Shown piece after piece: positions 18,226-27,217 of a stretch of DNA of 54,148 bases; the first letter of the stretch is position 1, and every line of letters starts with the position of its first letter. The notes under the pieces were generated by a model. It ran no database searches. It saw nothing but the letters and a program-made list of their open reading frames with translations, and was not told where the DNA came from. This DNA comes from a virus (Duplodnaviria > Caudoviricetes), in the IMG/VR virus record IMGVR_UViG_3300026907_000021, positions 1-54,148 of that record. One strand, 5' to 3'. The position numbers were made by a program, and so were the translations under genes.

Positions 18226-18262
18226 AACGGGAGATAAGGGAAATCTCTTCCAATTCGAGAGC

Positions 18263-18290
18263 AAAAAGAAACCCGCCATTAGCGGCGGGT
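18263..18290 (-). terminator. Intrinsic terminator
   Basis: acccgcc/ggcgggt stem with U-tract on the minus strand. Confidence 0.75.
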
Positions 18291-18362
18291 CCCTTCACGA
18301 TACGCAATACACATTTCGGCGCAGTCTTCTGGTCCGCGCAATCTCATGCTGAACCATCATGG

Positions 18363-18378
18363 TTAAAGCCGGATTAAC
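18363..18378. promoter_or_regulatory. CtrA box
   Basis: TTAA-agccgga-TTAAC, exact TTAA-N7-TTAAC consensus. Confidence 0.62.
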
Positions 18379-18383
18379 GGGGC

Positions 18384-18407
18384 AAAAAGAAACCCGCCGG
18401 AGCGGGT
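18384..18407 (-). terminator. Intrinsic terminator of the cI operon
   Basis: acccgc-cgga-gcgggt with U-tract just after the stop at 18415. Confidence 0.8.
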
Positions 18408-18414
18408 CTCGTCT

Positions 18415-18918
18415 TCAGGCCGCAGCCTTCTGAACATTGCGCGTGAAGCGATCCCACCGCCGACTTATTTCCGTCGTCTTTCGCTTCGGGATAGGGCGAG
18501 ATCGAATTACCCAACCAGGGCGCATCTCTAGGCCACCGACATCAATGGCTGAAATTCTGGCCTCAGGTGGGACGGGTTTGGGGTTCATGTCCTTGTCCCA
18601 AATCTTGAAAGTCCAATCCATCCCGGCGTGTTCAGAATATTCTACACCCATCGGCTGATTGATCGAATGCAACCTGACGACAAACGGATCTATCTCCTGT
18701 GGTGTCACGGATGCATTGTAGGCCTTGAAAAGCTGCTTAGAAATCTCAAGCGGCCCCTTGAGGTCAAAAAAGTCAGTTACCAGCACCAGTACGTGCCGGC
18801 CTTCTTCTTTGTCGAAAGCCCAAAAGAGCGCGTGAGCGTCAAGGCCCAAGTTGTCGAGCGACGACGCGAACTCTTTACCGGCATCTAAAAATCGTTCTTC
18901 AAGCTCTGGCGTAGCCAT
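18415..18918 (-). CDS. HEPN-partner protein (possible divergent nucleotidyltransferase-fold antitoxin)
   Basis: Overlaps the HEPN gene; ALFW...VLVLVT..F...GPL pattern; fold is inferred only. Confidence 0.6.
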   Translation of the reverse strand: MATPELEERFLDAGKEFASSLDNLGLDAHALFWAFDKEEGRHVLVLVTDFFDLKGPLEISKQLFKAYNASVTPQEIDPFVVRLHSINQPMGVEYSEHAGMDWTFKIWDKDMNPKPVPPEARISAIDVGGLEMRPGWVIRSRPIPKRKTTEISRRWDRFTRNVQKAAA

Positions 18919-19310
18919 GTCACCACTCCATCATCACCAAATACGGATTCCACCATTGATTTTGCCACTCTTCGCGGCATTGGCTTGGGATCGTATCCTT
19001 GGTTTCTATTCCACTGTAACACAACATGCCAACATGGCGCATTAGCGTCTGTCGTTTTTATTTTGATGCCAGCTTTGTCCTTCAAAACCCGGAGATTGTG
19101 GCCGTAAAGCTCAGGCCTATCGGTCTTGTCTGGCCACCTGTTGAAACGCTCAACCTGCCAGATGTAGGCCTTTAACGCGCACTCAACTGCCAAACCAGCG
19201 TGGAAGAATGCTTGCGAAGCAGCTTCCTTGTTGTCCACCATCGCATTTGCAGTAAGCTCATGCTGACGGCACAGCTTGAGCCAGTCATCTATTGACTTTG
19301 GCTCGCTCAC
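18885..19310 (-). CDS. HEPN-domain protein
   Basis: AFFHAGLAVECALKAYI and RPELYGHNL motifs typical of HEPN helical bundles. Confidence 0.8.
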   Translation of the reverse strand: MSEPKSIDDWLKLCRQHELTANAMVDNKEAASQAFFHAGLAVECALKAYIWQVERFNRWPDKTDRPELYGHNLRVLKDKAGIKIKTTDANAPCWHVVLQWNRNQGYDPKPMPRRVAKSMVESVFGDDGVVTWLRQSLKNDF

Positions 19311-19501
19311 TGCTTCTCCACCTCGTCCCGCTTCATCCGCTCGAGTTCTTCCGCGCCCAGCGCCGCCTCAAGCACAGCATCCACCTCTGGCAAGAAGCTT
19401 TCCCACATCGGCCGCTGTTCGAAGGCGATGTTCTCCGGCACGTCGTTGAAGCGGCAAAGCGCGCGGGCGGCGCGTTCTCGGGGAGGCTGGGGATTTTTCA
19501 T
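19307..19501 (-). CDS. Small hypothetical protein coupled to cI
   Basis: ATGA overlap with the cI stop; ERAARALC...W..FLPEVDAVL. Confidence 0.7.
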   Translation of the reverse strand: MKNPQPPRERAARALCRFNDVPENIAFEQRPMWESFLPEVDAVLEAALGAEELERMKRDEVEKQ

Positions 19502-20121
19502 ATCAGGCTGCCTTGGATGCCCCCAACTTTCTGAACTTTTCGAAGCTGGTTGCGCGGCAAAACAGCGAAAATCTCGCCCACCCATTCAAGGCCAACGTTC
19601 TCGATCGGTGCCGCGTTGAATGACATGAGCGTGATGGGCGATCCCTTCACAATCGTTTTGAGGAATCGCCGGCCATCAGTTGTGCGGACAGCTGCATCCT
19701 CGCCGTAAAACGACGACATTGGTTTTTTCTGCTCGGCATAGACGATGATGACGTGACCATCCTTGTACACCGGGAGCATCGAATCGCCGCGGACCTCTAG
19801 AGCGATCATTTCGTCCGGCAATGGGAATGGAACGTGGATCTGGTCCAGCCCCTCAGGTGGGACTTGTTCCATCTCGGGCATGATTTCAGCGCCAGCACCA
19901 ATGTAGCCCATCAACGGGACGGTATTGTCGTCCATGTCTTCGAGGATATCAGAAGGACGAATCCCGAAAGCTCTAGCTGCCTGGTTGATGTATTGGATCG
20001 TCAATCGACGCTCTCCACGTTCCAGTTTGATGAACTGGCTGCGTGAGACGCCCATTTCTTCTGCTGCTTTTTCGTGTGTCCAGCCGCGCTCTTCGCGCAG
20101 CGATTTAAGCTTGTTTCCCAT
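19498..20121 (-). CDS. cI: CI-like repressor (XRE HTH + S24 peptidase)
   Basis: LREERGWTHEKAAEEMGVSRSQFIKLERG HTH; VRGDSM catalytic Ser; divergent from cro. Confidence 0.92.
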   Translation of the reverse strand: MGNKLKSLREERGWTHEKAAEEMGVSRSQFIKLERGERRLTIQYINQAARAFGIRPSDILEDMDDNTVPLMGYIGAGAEIMPEMEQVPPEGLDQIHVPFPLPDEMIALEVRGDSMLPVYKDGHVIIVYAEQKKPMSSFYGEDAAVRTTDGRRFLKTIVKGSPITLMSFNAAPIENVGLEWVGEIFAVLPRNQLRKVQKVGGIQGSLI

Positions 20122-20201
20122 GATGGGTAACATCGCAGAAGTGACTATTTTTTGTCGCGCCCCATTTTGGGGTTGCAAATGTTCCCCAATATGGGTAACT
20201 T
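20114..20201. promoter_or_regulatory. OR: three CI operators, PR and PRM
   Basis: CCCA-N3-TGGG at 20114, 20158, 20182; PR TTGCAA-17-TAACTT; PRM GCGACA-17-CGATGT. Confidence 0.82.
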
Positions 20202-20207
20202 TGCATT

Positions 20208-20414
20208 ATGAAACTCACCCAGTACTTGACCGACCAAAAGATCAGCCCTGTGCAGTTCGGTGAACTGATGGGCGGCGTATCAGAATCCGGCGTCCGCAAG
20301 TGGATGTACGGAGAGCGCGTTCCGCGCCCCGACCAGATGAGGAAGATCGCCGATCTCACCGGCGGTCTTGTCGAGCCAAACGATTTCGTTCTCGGTGTGG
20401 AGCCAGCAGCATGA
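20208..20414 (+). CDS. cro: Cro-like repressor
   Basis: Small HTH (VSESGVRKW..GERVPR...GGLVEPNDF) divergent from cI. Confidence 0.85.
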   Translation: MKLTQYLTDQKISPVQFGELMGGVSESGVRKWMYGERVPRPDQMRKIADLTGGLVEPNDFVLGVEPAA

Positions 20415-20977
20415 AGCCGTGGCTCTCCGAACCCCGCGGGCGACAGCTCGAAGCGTTCCTTGGTGTCTGGGGCATCAAGACAAGCGAAATCGAAACGACA
20501 GAAGACCTTATCGCGGATGCATGCACTCTCTACGGCATACCGATCACGATTGGATTGTCTGTCGAGACTGCGGCCACCCAGATCGAAGCGCTCGGTCGCA
20601 AGGAAAGAAAGGCGCGGGTGGAAGCCAACATTGGGTTCTTCCCCAACAGAGCCGAGAAAAAGCAGACGCCGCAGCCGATCACTCAGGAAGGGCTGGAAAA
20701 GGTTTTTGCCGAGAGCAAGCCCCAGATCGTCTCCGGCGCGTCTCAGGACTGCATAGGCGAAATGGATATCGATCCGGCCCGGTTGCTGAAAAAGGTAATT
20801 GCTGCGGTCATCAGCCATGATCAGGGGCATATCCTCTACGAGTTCCCCGAGGTTCTCGAATTTCTCAAATCGCGCATACCGAGCCGCAGTGAGCTTTCGG
20901 GCCACACGGGCATCGATGAGCGCATGTTCGAAGCAAAGGCCAAGTGGCCGAATCTCATTCCGGGGACAGAGCTATGA
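20411..20977 (+). CDS. Hypothetical protein
   Basis: ATGA coupling to cro. Confidence 0.65.
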   Translation: MKPWLSEPRGRQLEAFLGVWGIKTSEIETTEDLIADACTLYGIPITIGLSVETAATQIEALGRKERKARVEANIGFFPNRAEKKQTPQPITQEGLEKVFAESKPQIVSGASQDCIGEMDIDPARLLKKVIAAVISHDQGHILYEFPEVLEFLKSRIPSRSELSGHTGIDERMFEAKAKWPNLIPGTEL

Positions 20978-21369
20978 CCAACTGGAACATCGATATATCC
21001 GCCGCACCGCGCGGCAAGATGGTGCACAGCACCCGCACAGTTGGCGATCGCGTCCACGAGATCAGCGATTTCGTTGCAGACCACATCTGGGCAGCCAGTA
21101 AGTGCGGCAAGGTGATCAAGTCGTACTGGATTCCGCCGGTCGGCAAAGCCGCTGGTCGCTGGTCTGGTTTCGCAACGGGAGAGGCGCCGATTGCTTGGCA
21201 GCGCTTCGTTGTGCCGGAACATCCATTCGCAGAAACCCAGCGCCAGCAGGGTACGGACGGCGGCGAAATCGCTGCAGTGAAGGTCATAGACCGACTGGCG
21301 AACGCCGCTGGCGTTGAACCGTCGCCGTCCGATCATTTCATTCTCGAAGACGTTGGGGGAGGCGCATGA
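20974..21369 (+). CDS. Hypothetical protein
   Basis: W..DISAAPRG...PIAW motif; ATGA coupling. Confidence 0.7.
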   Translation: MTNWNIDISAAPRGKMVHSTRTVGDRVHEISDFVADHIWAASKCGKVIKSYWIPPVGKAAGRWSGFATGEAPIAWQRFVVPEHPFAETQRQQGTDGGEIAAVKVIDRLANAAGVEPSPSDHFILEDVGGGA

Positions 21370-21487
21370 CCACCCCGAAATCCAAGCTCCGAGAAATACT
21401 ATTCGACCTCTCTGTCCAGCATCAGATCGAGGGATACGAGAAATCCGAACCGAAGCGGCCGGTCGAAATTCGTGAGGGGAATTGATC

Positions 21488-21823
21488 ATGGAATGCAATT
21501 TCACGGTTGGCCAGAAGGTGGTTTGCGTCCACATGGACAGGGACTATCCAGAAGGCGTCGAGCCGGTCGATGAGCCGATCAAGCCGCAAGTTGGTAAGGT
21601 CTACACAGTGCGAGAAATTCTCACCGGTAAAGTTGGGAATTCACCTTGCATCAAGGTGGTAGAAATTCCCGACCATATGGTCGGAGTCCGGGTGAGTGGA
21701 GAATACCTCATAGGCGACGTTGTCTATGACGCCGTTGGTTTCCGCCCGCTTGTAGAGCGCAAGACCGACATCTCCGTCTTCAAAGCCATGCTGAACCCGT
21801 CGAAAGAGCAGGTGTCGGCATGA
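21488..21823 (+). CDS. Hypothetical protein
   Basis: FTVGQKVVCV...GKVYTVR...FRPLVERKTDIS. Confidence 0.7.
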   Translation: MECNFTVGQKVVCVHMDRDYPEGVEPVDEPIKPQVGKVYTVREILTGKVGNSPCIKVVEIPDHMVGVRVSGEYLIGDVVYDAVGFRPLVERKTDISVFKAMLNPSKEQVSA

Positions 21824-21947
21824 TCGCCTCTATGCACCCCGATCAACAGCAGTTCCTCGTATGGGCATCGGTGGCCTTCTCGGCATTTGTTGCATCGCTC
21901 GTGGTGGCTGCCGTGATGGCCCACCTGGCGGCGACGAGGAAGAAGTG

Positions 21948-22238
21948 ATGGCAGCTCTCAAGCAATATCCGCTTCCTGCACTGGTCACTCATACGACGGA
22001 CACCCGCGCCGGCTCTGTCTTCAAAGCCTTATGCGCGGTTTATCCGGGTCAAATTTCTGCAGAGCATCTTATGGCGAGAGCGGGTCTGTCTTGGCGGGCC
22101 GAACCGATCTGGTCTTTCGTGTCGCTCTGCAACGACTTCATCAAAATCAACGAGGATATCGAACCTTTCGGCTGGCGGGCTGAACGGTCGGGCGGAACGC
22201 CTCGTGACAACTACTGGCTTTCGCCAATCGGCGGGTAG
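21948..22238 (+). CDS. Hypothetical wHTH-like protein
   Basis: RBS gaggaag; ORF in operon. Confidence 0.55.
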   Translation: MAALKQYPLPALVTHTTDTRAGSVFKALCAVYPGQISAEHLMARAGLSWRAEPIWSFVSLCNDFIKINEDIEPFGWRAERSGGTPRDNYWLSPIGG

Positions 22239-22366
22239 CTCCTTTCCAAGCCTTCCTCGCCACTGAGTTCAACCTACCAGAACCCAGCAGGAAGGCTTGC
22301 TCCATGCCAGACAAAATCGAACTGACAGCAATCGCTAATAAACAGGGAAATCAAGGGAAAGAGATC

Positions 22367-22717
22367 ATGAGTACGGCAGCCGCCACAATGTATGTGCGTA
22401 AAATGGTGGAGAAGGAAACATCGGGCAATGGCGACATTGATAACGCCATGCGCCGACTGGCCGGAAGATACGGCCTTTCCTTTTGGCAAATCTCTCATCT
22501 CCGGAACGGTAAGGCCAAGGCTCTTACCATCGACGCATTCAAGAACATTCACGCCGCGTATCTGCGCTTTTGCGCCCAGCAGATCGCGTCGTTGGAGGAG
22601 GAAATGGCGCGCGCAAAGGCAGAATATGGCGACGATCATTTCACGGATATTGGCGACGAAATTGAAGCTCTTCGCTCGAAAGTGCGGGCTGCGATGGAAA
22701 GCCACAACGGACAATAA
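22367..22717 (+). CDS. HTH regulator (CII-like position)
   Basis: AMRRLAGRYGLSFWQISHLRNG HTH. Confidence 0.65.
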   Translation: MSTAAATMYVRKMVEKETSGNGDIDNAMRRLAGRYGLSFWQISHLRNGKAKALTIDAFKNIHAAYLRFCAQQIASLEEEMARAKAEYGDDHFTDIGDEIEALRSKVRAAMESHNGQ

Positions 22718-22740
22718 ACCCAACACGGAAGGGAAGGCGA

Positions 22741-23301
22741 ATGACAGCATCAGCAAAAATCGGTGACAATTCGAAAGCTGAAAGAGAGCGCCGCGTTCTC
22801 TTCGCCTTCTATCACAAGAAGGACCGCGACATAGCGGCCCAGATCAAGGCGCTGCAAGCCGAGAAGTCATCGAACCGGCAGAATGCCAAGGCTTCCGGCT
22901 TCCCGGCGCAGAAGCTCGACCATTACCTCAAATCCTTCAATGCCGAGGATCACCAGAAGCCCGTCGACAAGCTCAAGAGCGAGCGAGAAAACCTCGAATG
23001 GCTCGGCTACATCCCGGCGACATCCGGCGGCGACTTGCTGACCCAGATCGACCGTGTCGACGGCGAGCAGATGATCCAGGCCAAGGGCTTCCATGCTGGT
23101 CTGACCGGACTCGATCGGGTCTCTGGATACGACGGCGGCTCCGTTGACGACAAGCTCTGGCTGGAAAGCTACGACGCCGGCAAGCGCGAATACGACACTG
23201 AAATCCCCGACATCATGGCGCGCATCGAGGCGGCGCAGTCGAAGGAGACGCCAGAGCCAACCGGCGGCAATCCTTTCCCTGATCGGTCCAATCAAGACTG
23301 A
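22741..23301 (+). CDS. GapR-like (DUF2312-like) DNA-binding protein with C-terminal extension
   Basis: IGDNS...AQIKAL.AEK....AKASGF pattern recalls GapR. Confidence 0.5.
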   Translation: MTASAKIGDNSKAERERRVLFAFYHKKDRDIAAQIKALQAEKSSNRQNAKASGFPAQKLDHYLKSFNAEDHQKPVDKLKSERENLEWLGYIPATSGGDLLTQIDRVDGEQMIQAKGFHAGLTGLDRVSGYDGGSVDDKLWLESYDAGKREYDTEIPDIMARIEAAQSKETPEPTGGNPFPDRSNQD

Positions 23302-23382
23302 GTTCCCCAAGGTGGCCACTCCTCCCAAGCGGGCCGCCCACCTGGCGCGCGAATGCGTCACTTCTTTTTCAGTGAGGATGAC

Positions 23383-23706
23383 ATGATCACGGTAACTTGC
23401 CCGTGCTGTGGCGGAAGCCTTGGAGAACTACCAGAGCCTGACAAGGTGCGGCAGTGTCTCTCACCGACGGAGCAAAAAGTCTTTGACCTCCTCATGGAGG
23501 CTGGCCCGAACGGCATGATCAAGCTCGACCTTTCAATTGCGCTGCATGGCGAACAGGTCGGCGTCTCCGAAAGTGGCATCAAATATACCGCGGCCTTGGT
23601 GACGAAGGTTCGAAGTAAGCTCGACAAGTACGGCTACTTCATCGACCGCAATCGACCACCGCAGCGCGGCATCTACAGGATTATCCCGGCGGAGGTGGTT
23701 CAATGA
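23383..23706 (+). CDS. CPCC motif + winged-HTH protein
   Basis: CPCCG, LSPTEQKVFDLL, VTKVRSKL...GIYRI. Confidence 0.7.
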   Translation: MITVTCPCCGGSLGELPEPDKVRQCLSPTEQKVFDLLMEAGPNGMIKLDLSIALHGEQVGVSESGIKYTAALVTKVRSKLDKYGYFIDRNRPPQRGIYRIIPAEVVQ

Positions 23707-24356
23707 CAAGCGTATGGGGATTTGACCCGAGCAAGTGCACGGGTTGGGCCATCTTCTCGCCAGAGAAAAGGCGCCGTGACGACAATTGCTCGCACGTCAT
23801 CTGTGGTGTTCTGGAGATGCCTCCGAAGTCCGATCATTATTTCACCGGCGACCAGATATCGCAGCAGGTTCAAAACCTATTTGTGAGCCACGGGAAGCCC
23901 GACTTCGTAGTTCTTGAAGAGCAGGCCATGGCCCAGATCGGCAATTCCAGCGCCGACGGTATGTTGTACCCGTGGATAGCCAGCATCGCTATTGTTTCGG
24001 TCGTTGCGAATTGGGGTGTTCCTTACGCTACGCTCCCTTCCTCTACTTGGCGGAAGTTCAGTTTTGGTGAAGGGTATAAGCCCCCTCAGAAACCTGTGAT
24101 GGTCAAGGGTGTTCAGGCTCTGGACAAGCGCGGCAAGCCGAAATTCAAAAACGACTGGAAATCTCCCGCGATTGAAAAATGTGAGCTGCTGGGTATTCAA
24201 CTGCCGAGACTAAAAGTTCACGCCGATGACGCTGCCGAAGCCGCTCTTTTGTCTATGTGCTGGGAACATCCTGAGATCAAGTTCCATGCTGGGCGTTACC
24301 GTCAGCCTTGGATCGATCTGCGCCAGCGCCGCAATGATCGAGGGGTGGCGGCATGA
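23703..24356 (+). CDS. RuvC-like Holliday junction resolvase
   Basis: GFDPSKCTGWA, VVLEE, DDAAEA acidic motifs. Confidence 0.72.
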   Translation: MTSVWGFDPSKCTGWAIFSPEKRRRDDNCSHVICGVLEMPPKSDHYFTGDQISQQVQNLFVSHGKPDFVVLEEQAMAQIGNSSADGMLYPWIASIAIVSVVANWGVPYATLPSSTWRKFSFGEGYKPPQKPVMVKGVQALDKRGKPKFKNDWKSPAIEKCELLGIQLPRLKVHADDAAEAALLSMCWEHPEIKFHAGRYRQPWIDLRQRRNDRGVAA

Positions 24357-25666
24357 TCCAGTTTCTCGACGGGCGCGTAACGCTCTATCCCGGCAATTGC
24401 CTCGAAGTTCTTGCCTCTCTTCCAGAGAACAGCATCCACAGTGCGGTGATGGATCCACCATACCACCTCACAAGCATTGTGGAGCGCTTTGGCAAGGAGG
24501 GATCGGCAGAGGTAAAGGCAGGAGCTACAGGCGCTTTCAAGCGGGCGTCTGCGGGGTTCATGGGCAAAGAATGGGACGGTGGCGACATTGCCTTTCAGGT
24601 TGCCACATGGGAGGCCGTCAAGCGCGTTCTCAAGCCGGGTGGCTATCTCCTCTCGTTTGCGTCAACTCGTGGCTATGGACGCATGTCTACTGCCATAGAA
24701 GACGCTGGCTTCGTTGCCCACCCTCTAACCGCATATCTACTGGCGCATGATGGGGCGCAAGACTTTCTCTCCATGCTATCGACGCGTCAGCTAGACGCCC
24801 TTCTTCGCCTGATGGATCATAACGATCTGGGCGGAATGCTCGGATGGGTATTCGGATCAGGCTTCCCGAAAGCAACCCGCCTCAAGGCAGAAGGATATGA
24901 CGGCTGGCGCTACGGCGGGCAAGCCCTAAAACCAGCCATTGAACCGATCTACATGGGGCAGAAGCCGTTCAGCGAGAAAACCGGCACGGCTAACGTGCTG
25001 CGGCACGGGACTGGGGCCGTCAATATCGACGGTTGTCGGGTTTCGACTTACGAAAGCACGGTCCGCTCTCGCACGACAGGCGATTTCGGACTGGTGAACG
25101 ATGATGGGTGGCGACCAACTCCAGGTATCAACGGCAGTGATATGGGACGTTGGCCAGCCAACCTTATTCATGACGGCAGCAACGAGGTCATCGCGGCATT
25201 TCCCGAGAGTGATGGCCAGCAAGGCGATGTATCGGGCAATGAACCGAGCAGTCTCACCAATCAGGTTTACGGCGACTTCAAGGGACGGCCGACGACACAG
25301 AAGCGTGGGGACACAGGCTCTGCAGCTCGCTTCTTCTATTCTGCCAAGGCCGACGCCGATGATCGAATTGGGTCAAAGCACCCAACGGTGAAGCCGGTCG
25401 ATCTGATGCGCTACCTCGTGCGGCTGGTGACCCCGCCCGGCGGCACGGTTCTCGATTGCTTCGCCGGCACTGGCACGACGGGTGAGGCGGCGTGGCGCGA
25501 AGGCTTCAATGCCATTCTCATCGAGCGTGAGCCTGAATACCAGCAAGACATCGCTGAGCGCATGCGCCTGTGCCTTTCCGGCCCAGATGAGAAGCGCCGG
25601 GAGATTATCAAACGTCGTGGCTTGGCAGATGACGATGCTGGCCCGCTATTCGGAGGTGCGGCATGA
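24353..25666 (+). CDS. DNA N6-adenine/N4-cytosine methyltransferase (beta class)
   Basis: DPPY, HPTVKP, VLDCFAGTGTT. Confidence 0.92.
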   Translation: MIQFLDGRVTLYPGNCLEVLASLPENSIHSAVMDPPYHLTSIVERFGKEGSAEVKAGATGAFKRASAGFMGKEWDGGDIAFQVATWEAVKRVLKPGGYLLSFASTRGYGRMSTAIEDAGFVAHPLTAYLLAHDGAQDFLSMLSTRQLDALLRLMDHNDLGGMLGWVFGSGFPKATRLKAEGYDGWRYGGQALKPAIEPIYMGQKPFSEKTGTANVLRHGTGAVNIDGCRVSTYESTVRSRTTGDFGLVNDDGWRPTPGINGSDMGRWPANLIHDGSNEVIAAFPESDGQQGDVSGNEPSSLTNQVYGDFKGRPTTQKRGDTGSAARFFYSAKADADDRIGSKHPTVKPVDLMRYLVRLVTPPGGTVLDCFAGTGTTGEAAWREGFNAILIEREPEYQQDIAERMRLCLSGPDEKRREIIKRRGLADDDAGPLFGGAA

Positions 25667-27135
25667 GCGGCCCCGTCGATCGCAAACAGTTTGACCGCAT
25701 CACCGAGCAAGACGCATTCGATGCTGAGCAGGTTTTCCTTGCCTGCGTGTTCGCCAACAATGCCTTGATCGCTGAGAGCGGTATCGAGCCGGAAGACTTC
25801 TCCCAGCAGTATCACCAGACGCTTTTTAAGCATGCACAGGAGATGGCGCGCTCTGGGCAGCCGGTTACGCCTGTCTCAATCAAGCCGCACATACCGAAGG
25901 TGATCCGCACCGACGAGAAAGACGATCACGGCCGACCCGTGGACATCATCACGGCAGAATACAACGTCGGCCTGATGAGCCTTGGCTTTGATGTCTCCAC
26001 CATGGGGCGGCTTGAATCATCCATCCACATCATCAAGGGCGCATCGCTTTCCCGACTGCTGGCTCATGAAGCTGACATCGCCGCCGAGATTGCCAAGGAA
26101 GGCCACACGCTTCTCACGCTGGACGAGGAGATCGAGCAGCTTGAAAAGCGCCTCAAGGAGCGCCGTCAGCGTCTTTCTGCACTGAAGGCCAGCGCCGCCC
26201 CCGGATCGTCGTATCTGGCCAAATTTGAGGCCTCTGCGCGCCGTGATGGCGTGGTGGGTGTCCCGATCGCGCTGAGAGAGATCCAGAACGTTCTATCCGA
26301 ACCGGCTTTCGAGGCAGGGAACCTATACGGCCTCCTGTCTTCGTCTGGCGAGGGCAAGTCGTCTCTGACGATGCAGCTTATCTATCACGCTGTCGACTGC
26401 GGTCACCCGGTCCTTTTCCTTTCATACGACCAGTCTGCAGACCAGTGCATCGGCCAGATGATCGCTCAGGCTCATGGCATATCGATGAAGAAGCAGCGGG
26501 AGCCAACCCGCCTGATGAGCGAAGAGGAGCGCGACACTTGCGTCATGTTCGCCACGGATATCAACCGCCGGCCGCTGGAGATAATCCGCTGTCAGCGTGA
26601 GGGCGTTGAGAAGCTCGTCGCCTATGCCCGCCGGTTCGTGAAGCGCTATGCCAACGGCAAGACGCCATTCATCGTCATCGACCACATCGGCAAGGTTAAG
26701 CCTCGCGACCCAAAGCTTTCACCTGACCGCATCTCTGGAGAGGTGACAGTTGAGTTGAAGGCGCTGGCCTACGAGACACAGTCGGCGGTCCTGATCCTGA
26801 ACCAGCGCAACGGCCTCGGCTCCAAGCGTGACAATCCCAGACCGATCGCAGCGGACCTTTACGGCGGGGAGGGCGCACGCGCTGACTACGACGCCGTGAT
26901 GACCCTGTACCGCCCAGAGAAATACAAGAAGGAGCGCGAGAAGGTCGCGGCCACATCGAGCGACTGGAAAACGATCAACACCGTGTTTGGCGCCGACGTC
27001 GAAGGCGTGGCCGAACTGGCGTCCATCAAGGTTCGCTTCGGTGATCCCACCATACAGGAAATCGTGCACTTCGAGGCAGAGTTCACCCGATACATCTCGC
27101 CCAAGCCGAAGCGCAATCAAGGGGAGCTGCTTTGA
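25663..27135 (+). CDS. dnaB: DnaB-like replicative helicase
   Basis: AEQ..LA N-domain, SGEGKSS, FLSYDQ, VIDHIG, LNQRN, DAVM.LYRP. Confidence 0.88.
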   Translation: MSGPVDRKQFDRITEQDAFDAEQVFLACVFANNALIAESGIEPEDFSQQYHQTLFKHAQEMARSGQPVTPVSIKPHIPKVIRTDEKDDHGRPVDIITAEYNVGLMSLGFDVSTMGRLESSIHIIKGASLSRLLAHEADIAAEIAKEGHTLLTLDEEIEQLEKRLKERRQRLSALKASAAPGSSYLAKFEASARRDGVVGVPIALREIQNVLSEPAFEAGNLYGLLSSSGEGKSSLTMQLIYHAVDCGHPVLFLSYDQSADQCIGQMIAQAHGISMKKQREPTRLMSEEERDTCVMFATDINRRPLEIIRCQREGVEKLVAYARRFVKRYANGKTPFIVIDHIGKVKPRDPKLSPDRISGEVTVELKALAYETQSAVLILNQRNGLGSKRDNPRPIAADLYGGEGARADYDAVMTLYRPEKYKKEREKVAATSSDWKTINTVFGADVEGVAELASIKVRFGDPTIQEIVHFEAEFTRYISPKPKRNQGELL

Positions 27136-27217
27136 TGACCCACCCCATCCAATGGAACGGCTCAAGCACCAGCTTCGGGCCGGAGTTTGAGAAGGCAGTT
27201 AATAGCAGGAGGCTGGT

